From NCBI GenBank assembly GCA_963675595.2, contig CAXXLZ010000002.1:1632001-1696000 (forward strand): a DNA stretch of 64,000 bases, in the 5' to 3' direction. The translations under genes and the position numbers were made by a program. The notes below the pieces were generated by a model, which saw only the letters and a program-made list of their open reading frames with translations, was not told the origin of the DNA and ran no database searches. The stretch's first letter is position 1, and each line of letters begins with the position of its first letter. Origin of the DNA: Thermodesulfobacteriota bacterium (GTDB lineage Bacteria; Desulfobacterota; Desulfarculia; JACQYL01). Below are positions 26,068-36,360 of the stretch, in pieces.

Positions 26068-26204
26068 TTGATACTTTTGGGAAAAACTTCCGCATAGGGG
26101 GTCTTATCAGATGTCTTATGAGGCATGAGCCGCTGAATGGATTTCATAGGTTGGAGTATCCTGCCTTCGAATAGACCATTACCCTCTAATTCCAGAAAAG
26201 CGAT

Positions 26205-28778
26205 ATGAGAATCACCTTCGACCCTGCTTTTGATCAAGGTTCCTGGCCCGGCCCAATCGCACAAGGCCACGCCGCATCCGGTGAAATCTGGTTAGGGCCC
26301 TCCGGCCTTTTGAGCATCCTTGAGACCATGACCGGTCTGGCCGGCCCCACCCTGCCTCCCGCAGTCAGGGCTGCCGAATTGGTTTCGGAAGTCCGAAGCA
26401 TCAAGGGCTTCTGGAAAGACTCCGCTCAGGTGGACCCTTTCGGGACCGCAAGGAGGCTCTTGGAGTGGCGCGATTTTCTTTGGACACAAGGTTGGCGCGG
26501 CCAACCGGTCAGCCTGCGGCTGGAGCAATTGGCGGAGGTTACCTACAAGGCCTCGCCCGGTTTTCCCGATCGGTTTCTTGAGGTAGCAGGAACCATGCAG
26601 GGTGCCGCCAATGTGATTGAGGCACTCACACTTCTCGTTCCGGTTGGTCGTCTGAATCCCGCATTGCGGACAGCAGTGCAGGCTCTTGAGCGGACGGGAA
26701 CCAAAGTCATCGAGAAGACCTTGGAACCGGCCTCACCAAAGGGCGACTTGGGCGCATGCAGAACAGTGCCCTTCAGACCCATAGGGGATGGATCCCTTCA
26801 ATTGCTGCGGCCCGCCACTCACAGCATGGCCGCCCACGAACTGGCCGCTTGGCTCTCCAATCTTGAGTCACTGGAACGTACAGTCATTATCGGTCCCGAC
26901 AGCGTGCTTGACGAGGCACTCCATCGATTTGATCTGCCCACGACGGGCGCAGGCATACCAGCCTCCGATCATGCCTTGCTTCAGATTCTGCCCCTGACTC
27001 TGGCCATGGCCTGGGATCCGCCTGATCCTCAGAGGGCTCTCGAACTCCTGATGTTGCCCAACAGCCCCGTTCCCAAAGGGATCGGTCGCAGGTTGGCTCA
27101 TGCGCTGCAGGATTATCCCGCGGTGGGATCGGATGCCTGGAATGAAGCACTGGAAGAAGGTCTGAACCAGTTCTCAGACAAGAAAGATCGGAAGCGCTTG
27201 AAAGACCGAATGGATGCCATCTTTGCGAGGCGCATCCAAAGCCGGAATTATCCGGTGACCGAGATCAAGGCTCGGATCGATCTTCTCCGATCCTGGGCCA
27301 AAGGCAGGATGGGGGAGGATGCGTCGGAACGTGCATGGCAGGCTCTGATCGCTCAGTTGGAGAACTGCATGCGCATTGCCGAGCTATCGGGCCTTTCTCA
27401 CTTCACTGCTCCACAGATACGCCGAATGCTTTATGAGATCAACGAGGCGGCGGGCTCTTTTCCTCTTTACGAGGCCCAAGCAGGTTTGGAAACCGTTGGG
27501 GCGCCGGAGTGCATCGCTGAACAAGCGCAGAATGTGATTTGGTGGTCGTTCAATCGGGGCGCCGCGCCGGTCATAGCTTCCGACATGCTTACCGCCAAGG
27601 AACGTTCAGGGCTTGAGCAAGTAGGCGTTGTACTCCCTCGCCCGGGTGATGAAGCCGTGTGGGCCGCGGAGAGATGGCAACGGCCTCTCATGCTGGCGGG
27701 TTCAAATCTGATTCTCGTCTGTGCTCGGCGAGGCCCCGACGGTGAAGAGCAATATCCGCACCCATTGTGGGACGAGCTTGCCGGTCGGGTCGAGGAATCC
27801 ACGGGTTTGAAGGAATTGGAGCGTGAATTCCTGATTTCCCATAACGGGCTTACCAGGACCATTCGGCCGATCAGGAGCCTTCCCGAGCCCGTATGGGAAT
27901 GGGGCGTTATTGCGGGTGCCGTGGCCAAAAGACCGAAGGAGTCACCCAACAGTCTGTCGAGTTTGATTTCCTGCCCGTTCAGTTGGGTCGTTCGCTATTT
28001 GGGCAACCTATATGGCGGGGCTACGGCCACTTTGGATTCGCCCGAAAAACTGCAAGGCCGGCTCATACACGAGATACTCACCCGCGTCCTTTCCAATCCC
28101 GGCCAAACCCCCGAAGAAGCTGCCGATGATGCAACCCTGCGTTTTGGTTCGGAAGGACCGCTCATGGCCGCTCAACTCTTCTTGCCCGGCTACGAAGATA
28201 TTCGAGCGGAGGTGAAAATGGCTCTCCGCACAGCGGCTCATCGAGTATTTCGTTTGATCAAGGAAGGAAGATTCACGGTACGAGCCGTCGAACAGACCTA
28301 TGCTACGAAATCCCGTTCCCTGGGAATAGAGATTGAAGGCCGACCCGACTTGGTACTGAAGAACCCGGACGCAATCGTCGATTTCAAGCGCGGCGGAGTC
28401 AATTATCGTAAGGAAGAGCTGGCCGGCGGCACAAGCCTCCAATTAGCCGTATACGGTCATTTGATTCGGAAGAATGAAAAGACGACCTTTCCTCCTGTTG
28501 CCTATTTGATGCTCAAATCCGGTCAGGTGATCACGGTGGACCCCAAGGCCTTTCCGGACGCACGGATCATTGGAGGTCCTTCACCCGAAGAGACTTGGAA
28601 GGGGACTCAGGAGTCCTTTAAGCGGATTTGGGATGAAATGAAGGCTGGCAAAGTACGGGCATCGGGAAACGATCCCGACGGCCCTCCAAAGAGTCAACTC
28701 GACGATGGACGACTTTTTCTGAAGCCCTGCGAATTCTGCGACTTCGCCGTTCTTTGTGGTCGGGCCTTCAGCGAATAG
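26205..28778 (+). CDS. AddB-like protein (inactive helicase scaffold + PD-(D/E)XK nuclease)
   Basis: SPNSL...CPFSW, GRLIHEIL, EGRPDLV..IVDFKRG, LQLAVY, CEFCDFAVLCG. Confidence 0.85.
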   Translation: MRITFDPAFDQGSWPGPIAQGHAASGEIWLGPSGLLSILETMTGLAGPTLPPAVRAAELVSEVRSIKGFWKDSAQVDPFGTARRLLEWRDFLWTQGWRGQPVSLRLEQLAEVTYKASPGFPDRFLEVAGTMQGAANVIEALTLLVPVGRLNPALRTAVQALERTGTKVIEKTLEPASPKGDLGACRTVPFRPIGDGSLQLLRPATHSMAAHELAAWLSNLESLERTVIIGPDSVLDEALHRFDLPTTGAGIPASDHALLQILPLTLAMAWDPPDPQRALELLMLPNSPVPKGIGRRLAHALQDYPAVGSDAWNEALEEGLNQFSDKKDRKRLKDRMDAIFARRIQSRNYPVTEIKARIDLLRSWAKGRMGEDASERAWQALIAQLENCMRIAELSGLSHFTAPQIRRMLYEINEAAGSFPLYEAQAGLETVGAPECIAEQAQNVIWWSFNRGAAPVIASDMLTAKERSGLEQVGVVLPRPGDEAVWAAERWQRPLMLAGSNLILVCARRGPDGEEQYPHPLWDELAGRVEESTGLKELEREFLISHNGLTRTIRPIRSLPEPVWEWGVIAGAVAKRPKESPNSLSSLISCPFSWVVRYLGNLYGGATATLDSPEKLQGRLIHEILTRVLSNPGQTPEEAADDATLRFGSEGPLMAAQLFLPGYEDIRAEVKMALRTAAHRVFRLIKEGRFTVRAVEQTYATKSRSLGIEIEGRPDLVLKNPDAIVDFKRGGVNYRKEELAGGTSLQLAVYGHLIRKNEKTTFPPVAYLMLKSGQVITVDPKAFPDARIIGGPSPEETWKGTQESFKRIWDEMKAGKVRASGNDPDGPPKSQLDDGRLFLKPCEFCDFAVLCGRAFSE

Positions 28779-28842
28779 GGGCGGTGAAAATTTCTTCCTT
28801 TCCCGGCTAAGCTTCAAAGAGCGAGCCCTTTATAAGGTACTG

Positions 28843-31800
28843 ATGATCATGACCAACATCCATATCATCACCGCCAGTGCGGGCAGCGGCAAGACCTATC
28901 GCCTGGCAACGCTTCTTCATCAAAGCATTGCTTCCGGGAGTGTGCGGCCGGAAGCGGTGATTGCCACGACCTTTACGAAGAAGGCGGCAGCCGAACTACA
29001 GGAACGCGTGCGCCGTAGGCTTATCCGAGAAGGGCTCACAGTGGAGGCCAACCGATTGGGGGCCGCGCGCATGGGAACGGTCAACGCCGTCTGCAGCAGG
29101 CTCGTGATGGATTTCGTCTTTGAGAAAGGGCTCTTTGCCGAGACCGTTGTCTTGGACGAAAACGCGGCAGGCAGGGAGCTCAGGCGTGCTCTTTCCTCTG
29201 TTGTATCGGGCAGTGTTTCGGCCCGCATGGCGGAACTCTCCAGCAGACTTGAAGCCTTTGAGTGGACCGGCGTTGTGGAGTCCCTGATTCAATCCGCTAG
29301 GTTTAACGGACTGAAGGAAGCCGACTTAAAAGCATCCAAGCAAAAAAGCATCAAAAGCATAAGCCAATTGATCGGAAAGCCCTTGGGTCCCGACCGAGAT
29401 TTCGACGGCGAACTCCAGACCGCTCTTTCTGATTTCATCCGCAGTGTTGACTTGGAGGAAGACCAGACCGGTGGTACCGCAGGAGCGGTTCAGAAGGCTG
29501 AGGCCTGCTTGAGCAGGCTTCGCGAGGGACGGCCTCTCCCCTGGAGCGATTGGTTGCGATTGGATCGCATTAAGGTAGGCAAGAAATCAGCGGTTCATGC
29601 GGAGCAACTTCGACAGGTGGCGGCACTTCACGACAATCACCCAAATCTCAGGAAGGATCTGACCGAAGCCGTCGAGCTCGTTTTCGACACGGCCATCAAC
29701 GCACTCAAATCCTATCAGGAGCATAAACGACTTTGGGGTGTCATGGATTTCTCCGATCAGGAAGTTCTGGCACTTGAGCTTCTCCAAGAAAAGGAAGTCG
29801 TGGACCGGTTGAGTGACGCCATAGATATCCTTCTCGTGGATGAGTTTCAGGATACAAGTCCAATCCAGTTGGCTATCCTTCTACGTTTGGCGTCACTGGC
29901 CAAGAAGACGATCTGGGTCGGAGACCAGAAGCAGTCGGTCTATGGTTTTCGCGGGACGGATCCGGCCCTGATGGATTCGTGTATTCAGCACATCTTTCAG
30001 GATCATGCTCCGGAAACCTTGAACAAGTCATGGCGAAGCCGACCGCCCCTTGTACACGTCAGTTCGGCGGTTTTTGCCCGTGCCTTTGCATCACACGGCA
30101 TCCCTGAAGAACGGGTAATGTTGGAGCCCGCCTTGGAATCGGATGATCCTGAATTGGGGCCTTGTATCGAATGGTGGGAAACCGCCTCAAAGAACCAGTC
30201 AGAGGACGCATCGGCCGTTGCAGGCGGAGTTCGTGATCTTCTCCGCGACGATGAAGTGAAGGTCAGAGACAAAAAAGAAGGGAAAACAAGGCGGATAAGG
30301 CCCGGAGATATCGGCATCCTCTGCCGAACAAACGACGCTTGCGCAAAAATGGCCGAAGCGCTGGAATCCATTAATATCCGGGCGGTGCTTCCCAAAGCGG
30401 GACTCATGAAAACGCTGGAAGCGATGACCGTGCAAGCGGGTCTACGGTTGTGGGTCGATCCGAAGGATACCCTTGCAGCCGCCGAACTGGCGCGGATCAT
30501 TCACTACCCGGACAAATCCGATGAGTGGTTGAAGCAGTTGCTCGAAAAGCCGGGAGCAGAGGCATTTGGGCAGCTGCCCGAAGCCGCCGATATTGTGAAT
30601 TCCGCTCGGGAGAAACCCGGTAGCGGCGTTCTTCAGGTACTCGATGCCGTCTACAGGATCATCGATATTCGTGAACTATGTCTCGCTTGGGGTGATGCGC
30701 CCAAAAGGCTGGCAAATCTGGATGCGCTATCGGCCCATGCCCGGAGTTACATCGCCTATTCGGCCGCCGAAGGGATCGGTTGCACGCCTGCGGGACTGCT
30801 CGGGTATTTCAATGAACTGGCTGCCAACGAGGAAGATTCGCAGGCACAGCTGGCCGTTGAGGACGCGGTTAACGTGGTGACCCTGCACAGCGCCAAGGGC
30901 CTGGAATGGCCGGTTACAATTCTGACCCAGATCGGAAAGAAATTCGAGCCGAACCCTCTCGGAGTAAAGGTCATAAGCGACTGGACGAATTTCGACATCA
31001 ACAATCCATTGGCCGATCGTTGGCTTCGTTACTGGTTGTTTCCTTACCATCCAAAAAACAAGGAGACGCCCTTTAACTGCCGAATGGAAGAAGATGCTTC
31101 AATGCCGGGAATCAAAGACAGTCACCAGAGGCAGGAACTTCGGCTCCTTTATGTGGCGTGGACCCGTGCAAGGGATCGTTTGATCTTGGCGGGACGAAAA
31201 GACGATTTTAGGGAAGGTATCCTTGGGCTGTTGAACGACGAAAAGGGCGCATGGCTGCTTTCAGAGCCCCAACACGGCAAGGCCGTATGGGCCGGACAGG
31301 AGCTGGAAATACATACCCGCGCGCTCGATCCTGTTGAACCTGAAACCCGATCGTTTGCTCAAGGACAAGATTACCCGATCGTCACCGGAAGTCGGACTCA
31401 TTTTCCCTCAAGGCTCAGCCCATCATCCATGGACGCGCAAGGCAAGGCGGGTCAACTGATTCAGATCGGTCCTAGAATTCCCATTTCAGGAAATCCGGAC
31501 ATGGAATCGGTCGGGAACGCCTTTCACTACTTCTTTGCCGCCGATCGTCCACAATATGAATTAAAGCAGCGAATGGCCCTGGCTGAGGGAATCATAAAGC
31601 GTCTGCAAATCACCGGTGCTGTAATCGGCTCGGATATTGTCGAATCCGCAGACAACCTGGCTATCTGGGCCAATCAGGAATACCCCGAGGCTGTATGGCG
31701 CAGGGAGTGGCCCCTTATCCAACGTCTGCCTGAAGGCACTGTTGTATCGGGATTCTGCGATCTCCTGCTCAACGCCGGAAACAGGATAGCCGTGATCGAT

Positions 31801-31968
31801 CACAAAGCGTTTGCCGGCAACAAGAATGACGCTGCAATCAAAGCTGCCGAATTCTTCGGCCAGCTTAAGGCTTATCGGGACATTCTACAAAGCCTGAACG
31901 GTAACGCCGACATTGCCTGTTACATTCATTATCCGATTTCAGGTCTTCTGGTCGAAGTAGGTCCCTAG
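28843..31968 (+). CDS. AddA/UvrD-like helicase-nuclease
   Basis: ASAGSGKT, TTFTKKAAAEL, LVDEFQDT, VGDQKQSVYGFRG, TLHSAKGLEW, LLYVAWTRAR, GFCDLL..IDHK; start 28843 or 28849. Confidence 0.9.
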   Translation: MIMTNIHIITASAGSGKTYRLATLLHQSIASGSVRPEAVIATTFTKKAAAELQERVRRRLIREGLTVEANRLGAARMGTVNAVCSRLVMDFVFEKGLFAETVVLDENAAGRELRRALSSVVSGSVSARMAELSSRLEAFEWTGVVESLIQSARFNGLKEADLKASKQKSIKSISQLIGKPLGPDRDFDGELQTALSDFIRSVDLEEDQTGGTAGAVQKAEACLSRLREGRPLPWSDWLRLDRIKVGKKSAVHAEQLRQVAALHDNHPNLRKDLTEAVELVFDTAINALKSYQEHKRLWGVMDFSDQEVLALELLQEKEVVDRLSDAIDILLVDEFQDTSPIQLAILLRLASLAKKTIWVGDQKQSVYGFRGTDPALMDSCIQHIFQDHAPETLNKSWRSRPPLVHVSSAVFARAFASHGIPEERVMLEPALESDDPELGPCIEWWETASKNQSEDASAVAGGVRDLLRDDEVKVRDKKEGKTRRIRPGDIGILCRTNDACAKMAEALESINIRAVLPKAGLMKTLEAMTVQAGLRLWVDPKDTLAAAELARIIHYPDKSDEWLKQLLEKPGAEAFGQLPEAADIVNSAREKPGSGVLQVLDAVYRIIDIRELCLAWGDAPKRLANLDALSAHARSYIAYSAAEGIGCTPAGLLGYFNELAANEEDSQAQLAVEDAVNVVTLHSAKGLEWPVTILTQIGKKFEPNPLGVKVISDWTNFDINNPLADRWLRYWLFPYHPKNKETPFNCRMEEDASMPGIKDSHQRQELRLLYVAWTRARDRLILAGRKDDFREGILGLLNDEKGAWLLSEPQHGKAVWAGQELEIHTRALDPVEPETRSFAQGQDYPIVTGSRTHFPSRLSPSSMDAQGKAGQLIQIGPRIPISGNPDMESVGNAFHYFFAADRPQYELKQRMALAEGIIKRLQITGAVIGSDIVESADNLAIWANQEYPEAVWRREWPLIQRLPEGTVVSGFCDLLLNAGNRIAVIDHKAFAGNKNDAAIKAAEFFGQLKAYRDILQSLNGNADIACYIHYPISGLLVEVGP

Positions 31969-32066
31969 CTCAAGGGCATCCTGAATTCAACCATGACCCT
32001 GAAGGATGCCGAGTCTGTGAGCATTGCGATTTGATGGTTCCGAGATGAGATCGCTTGCGATGTCTC

Positions 32067-32492
32067 CTACTGGACACCAAGCACCCTGCCAACGTCCTCC
32101 TGCTTTATAGGACCTTGTACATCCGTTAGATATGGGTTGTCCGGTTTGCCAAGGACAAAGCAAGGTACGTAATCGGGCAAACCGTTAAGAGCCGCAAAAA
32201 GGGGAATATAGTCGTCAGACACAACGAACCATACTCCGCGGGGATAGACTAAAAGTTTTTGAAATATTTTTTGCTTGCCTTTCTCGAAGCTGTCCTTGAT
32301 TGCAGCTTTTCCGGTCGGATGTAAGTCAGGACGATAGTCCATGTCGAAGGGCACAATCAGGGCGGTTGGAACAGCGGCAAAATAGATAGGCAGATTGCCC
32401 TGCATGGCTTGTTCCATTAAACTTAGCAAAATTTCGTCCCTCTTCGGTGTTAATTCGGGCAACGTCTTGATTTCATGCTTTCTCACATACAT
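32067..32492 (-). CDS. Hypothetical protein
   Basis: 141 aa; SD GGGAG. Confidence 0.65.
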   Translation of the reverse strand: MYVRKHEIKTLPELTPKRDEILLSLMEQAMQGNLPIYFAAVPTALIVPFDMDYRPDLHPTGKAAIKDSFEKGKQKIFQKLLVYPRGVWFVVSDDYIPLFAALNGLPDYVPCFVLGKPDNPYLTDVQGPIKQEDVGRVLGVQ

Positions 32493-32546
32493 TAATCTTC
32501 TCCCTAAGCCGCCAAATTGAAAGGTTACCGATAAGCCATATAGAGC

Positions 32547-32880
32547 CTATCTCAAATCTTGCTCTTGAAGCCAATTGATTATGCTGATAATAGTATGTTC
32601 CCCGACCGAGCAATGAACCCAAATTGCATAACGGGCTTCCCCAGTCGTTCTTAAGTCTTGTTCGGATAGGCCAAAATCCTTACAAAACGTTTCGATATGT
32701 AAAAGGCCTTTTTTTTCCAATTTTCTAAGTTTATTGAATTGAAACCATTCTGGATTTGCAATGGGGTGAATATTGACTACTTCGTTATCCAGTTTCCATC
32801 CTTTCTTGGTCTTTTGGACTCCCTTACTAGCAGCTCCCAGTTTAATGAGATGTTCCGTTACTTTTCTAACGACTATGTCG
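32547..32880 (-). pseudogene. 3' part of the IS3-interrupted UDG-like gene
   Basis: After IS removal the frame continues DSYD|IVVRKVTEHLIKLG...WLQEQDLR* with TAG at 32547-32549. Confidence 0.8.
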
Positions 32881-32920
32881 CGGAATGTGTCAATGAAAAT
32901 GAGACACCTGTTTTCAGAAA

Positions 32921-33916
32921 TTAGACTCCCACGTCATCGCTCGACGGTTTGTTGATCCACGCGGCCTTGGGCAATTTTGGCGGCTGTGGCACCTTTCCTT
33001 TGAAACGGTTGGGGTTGCTCCGGAAGGCAGCCCGAAGAACTTGGCTGCGACACGCTACAATGTCCTGTGCGAGTCCGTAATGGAGCTGTTCGGGTGTGAC
33101 CAACCCGATGCCTGAATGCCGATGCTCGGGGTTGTACCAGGAGAAGAACTCCCGGCAGAAAGACCGGGCATCCTGGATTGATCCAAACCGTTTCGGAAAT
33201 TTCGGGCAATACTTGAGGGTTTTAAACTGCGCCTCCGAGTAGGGGTTATCATTGCTGACATAGGGTCGGCTGTGGGTCTTGGTCACTCCAATGTCTCCCA
33301 TGAACTCGGCTACGGACTTCGCTTTCATCGCCGGGCCTCGATCCGCATGGATGATGAGTTGGCCGGGCTTGATATCCTGCTTGAAGCACGTCTCTTCGAT
33401 GAGTTGCCTGGCCAAAGCGGCGTTTTCCCGATGGGCCACCATCCAGCCGACCACGTAGCGGCTGAAGATGTCCATGATCACGTAAAGATGGAAATAGGTC
33501 CACTTCACAGGCCCTTTTAGCTTCGTAATATCCCAGGACCACACTTTGTTGGGTCCGGTCGCAAGCAACTCGGGCTTTTTATAGACAGGCCGCCGCGCCT
33601 GCTTTCTTCGCTCTTTGACATCACCGGATTCCGCTTTGAGAATCCGGTACATGGTCCGGATAGAGCAGTAGTACTGTCCTTCATCGAGCAAGACGGCAAA
33701 GACCTGACGGGGAGCATCATCCTGAAAACGGGAGCTGTTAAGCAGATCGACCACGGTTTCCCGCTCCCGGGGGTTCAGAGCCAAGGGAGGCGCCGGCCGC
33801 GGTGTGCGGGCCGCCGCCGGCTTCAGGCGGCGATAGAAACTCGCACGGGGCAGGCCCATGGCTCCACATGCCTGCACGGTTCCTACCTCGGTGCGCAACT
33901 CCATCGCCGCGCTCAT
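32921..33916 (-). CDS. IS3-family transposase OrfB (DDE/rve)
   Basis: WSWDITKL, DIFSRYVVGW, IHADRG, NDNPYSEAQFKTLK. Confidence 0.95.
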   Translation of the reverse strand: MSAAMELRTEVGTVQACGAMGLPRASFYRRLKPAAARTPRPAPPLALNPRERETVVDLLNSSRFQDDAPRQVFAVLLDEGQYYCSIRTMYRILKAESGDVKERRKQARRPVYKKPELLATGPNKVWSWDITKLKGPVKWTYFHLYVIMDIFSRYVVGWMVAHRENAALARQLIEETCFKQDIKPGQLIIHADRGPAMKAKSVAEFMGDIGVTKTHSRPYVSNDNPYSEAQFKTLKYCPKFPKRFGSIQDARSFCREFFSWYNPEHRHSGIGLVTPEQLHYGLAQDIVACRSQVLRAAFRSNPNRFKGKVPQPPKLPKAAWINKPSSDDVGV

Positions 33917-34404
33917 GAACTGCTCCCGACGTCGTCCAGGTCCGGCTGAGCGATCCCCAGTATCTCCGAGATTTTTTTTTGAACTTCGATGATGGTTCGC
34001 GCCTGTTTCAGTTGATTCTCGAGACGGCGATTCTCCCTTTCAAGCCGGGCCACCCGCTCTGCCATAGGGTTCTTCTGCTTGGGCTTCCGGCCTCGCTTCT
34101 TTGGCCCAAGCGCACTCAACTGCCCCTGGTCACGTTGTCTACGCCATGTCGCCAGACTCGAAGAATACAGGCCTTCTCGCCGAAGTAGAGCCCCGAGCCG
34201 GCCCGGTTCAGTACACGCATCGGCTTCCTCCAGGATTCTCAGCTTGTACCGGGCTGTAAATCTGCGACGAGGCCTCTTCTCTGGAACCTCCGGGTCGGGG
34301 ACCGTGACGTGCTTCCCGATCGTGGTAACTCCGGTCGTCCTACGGACTCCCTCCGTTACCACGATTCCCTCATCCGGATTCTCTTTCTCTCTGTGCCTCA
34401 TCAT
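33913..34404 (-). CDS. IS3-family transposase OrfA
   Basis: RRRFTARYKLRILEEAD..LLRREGLYSS; A9 tract (33972-33980) with an open -1 frame into OrfB. Confidence 0.9.
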   Translation of the reverse strand: MMRHREKENPDEGIVVTEGVRRTTGVTTIGKHVTVPDPEVPEKRPRRRFTARYKLRILEEADACTEPGRLGALLRREGLYSSSLATWRRQRDQGQLSALGPKKRGRKPKQKNPMAERVARLERENRRLENQLKQARTIIEVQKKISEILGIAQPDLDDVGSSS

Positions 34405-34474
34405 GCTCCATCTCCTACCCGCCCTACACTAATTTATCAACGGGTAGGTGTCTCACTCTCATTGGCACAGAGGG

Positions 34475-35187
34475 TCGTATGAATCCATTTTGCTGTCCAT
34501 AGCCGGAACAGGCATATTTTTATTTTTTATAGAAGGCTCTCCGGTAGGTTTTGAAATGTCATAGCCGGTTACAGTGGATACTTTGTTTTTTGTACCAGGA
34601 TTGCCACCGATAATAGATTGAAGTGACGACTGGATAGATTCGATGATTTCGCCTTGATTCACCTTAAAATAAGCTCCAGTTGGATTTGGGCTTACAACCA
34701 TAGGAATACCATTCCAATTAATGATACGGCCTGCGTCTTTGCCTACGCGAATGCTTTTACCAGTCAACTCATTGATTGTTGGTTCCCCACAGGCAATGAT
34801 TACCTTTGGTGATTTGAACTTAATTTGCTGATAAAGAAAGCCTTTACAATTGTTTGTCTCTTCACTCGTGCTTTTACGGTTTTCTTTTGCAGCACACTTT
34901 ACAAGATTTGAAAAATAGACTCTATTAAAATCAAGGTCAAGCTTCTCAAGAAAGTATCCATAATAATTTTTTTTTACTCGTTCTTCATACTCAGCATCAG
35001 TTAGTTCAAGGCTTTCCCCCGCTGCTTGCCCAGGCCGCTCACCTATCACAAATATGTATTGATCAGGTCTGCTGACAGTTCCAAACCTACGCGTAAGGAT
35101 GATGTCATCAACATAATTCTTACATTTGGAGCATCCTGCAACTTCATGTCTAATTTGATCCATGGTAAGCACATTGGGTTTGTTCAT
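34475..35187 (-). pseudogene. 5' part of a uracil-DNA-glycosylase-superfamily gene interrupted by IS3
   Basis: CSKC, FVIGERPG, VYFSNLVKC..ENRKS..EETNNC, PKVIIACG; family-4-like; lower GC. Confidence 0.8.
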
Positions 35188-35258
35188 GTGAACAGACTCC
35201 TTACTGTTGAGATTCTAAAATAGGTGTCTCCAAAGGGATCGAGTTGAAATAGTAACTA

Positions 35259-36269
35259 TCAGCGCTCCCTCATTCGTTGCGGGATTGCAGTCTCACTATC
35301 GTATAGCATTCGAGCTCCGGATAGATCGGCCAAAACCAGCTCGATCAATTCCGTGGGTTCCATTACCACTGCCTGAGGCCCCAAGCTTAGGACCCACTGC
35401 TTGATCTCCTCAAGACCGGCCACCTGGAAGGTCAAGTCGAGACGCCCGTCGGGCAGTTTCTCCGCTTTCTGGCTTTCATGCCAAATCTTCTCGCCGATGT
35501 ACCGGGCCCATTCGGCGGATATCCTGATCCGGACCGTGTAAAGGTCTCCCTGCATCACTTTGAAGCTGTGCTTCATGTAATCCTCCAGACTGAAGTCCGG
35601 AGGAATTTCAAAGTGTTCCTCGGTCAAGCGCAACATTCGGATTCGGTCGAGCACGAAGGTTCGGACCTCCTCTCGTAGATGACAATGCCCGATCAGGTAC
35701 AGGGTTCCATCGAAAAACCAGACTTTGTAGGGATCGACTTTTCTTAGGGCTTCCGTTTCACTGGTCAGCGACTTGTAGGCGATCTCCAAACGCAGCGACT
35801 CCAGGGCGGCCCGATTTACCTGGCTGAGAATCTCGCGAAACCTGCCGTATTCCTTGAAGGGTTTGATTCCCACTTGGAAGGTGGATTGGATGGTGTTCAA
35901 ATAGTTGAGTGCTTGGGGCGGCAGGGTGACTCGCACCTTCTTGAAGAGCGACTCCAAGGCTTCATAGAAAGGCGTCCCTCGGAATACTCGCACCAGGTCC
36001 GAGTACAGATGAAGGGACATCAGTTCGGTCACGGTAAAGGGTTGGGGTACCTTGAATTTGTAGGTATCGACGAAAAACCATCGATTGGAACCCTCAAATT
36101 TTTCATAATATAAAGGAAATCCCGCAGCCTGCAGCGCTTCGATATCCCGGTAGGCGGTGCGCAGGGATATCTCCTCCTGCTCGGCGATCTCGGCGATGGT
36201 CAAACCGTTCTTATCCGCTTCGATCGCCCGTAGAATTCTCCATTGTCTGGCCAGCTGGTCACCGCGCAT
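35259..36269 (-). CDS. WYL-domain transcriptional regulator (HTH-WYL-WCX)
   Basis: RTAYRDIEALQAAGFP, RKVDPY..GTLYLIGHCHLREEVRTFVLDRI, WVLSLG..VMEP. Confidence 0.92.
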   Translation of the reverse strand: MRGDQLARQWRILRAIEADKNGLTIAEIAEQEEISLRTAYRDIEALQAAGFPLYYEKFEGSNRWFFVDTYKFKVPQPFTVTELMSLHLYSDLVRVFRGTPFYEALESLFKKVRVTLPPQALNYLNTIQSTFQVGIKPFKEYGRFREILSQVNRAALESLRLEIAYKSLTSETEALRKVDPYKVWFFDGTLYLIGHCHLREEVRTFVLDRIRMLRLTEEHFEIPPDFSLEDYMKHSFKVMQGDLYTVRIRISAEWARYIGEKIWHESQKAEKLPDGRLDLTFQVAGLEEIKQWVLSLGPQAVVMEPTELIELVLADLSGARMLYDSETAIPQRMRER

Positions 36270-36360
36270 CCGGACTTACCTATGCTGAAGTGAGAGGGGA
36301 ATCCTGTTCATGAGTCCTTTTATAGGTAGCAGAACCGCGTTTTGGGATCAACTTCGCAGA

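Larger units (their letters stand above)
32881..34474 (-). mobile_element. IS3-family element, copy 1 (1594 bp)
   Basis: Near-identical to 54774-56367; IRs TGTGTCAATGAAAATGAGACACC / GGTGTCTCACTCTCATTGGCACA; 3-bp duplication TCG. Confidence 0.92.

Noticed and set aside
28821-28851. TTTATAAG upstream of the AddA-like gene as another archaeal TATA box
   Set aside because: No GAAA BRE in register, and the ATGs are 14 and 20 nt away rather than ~30
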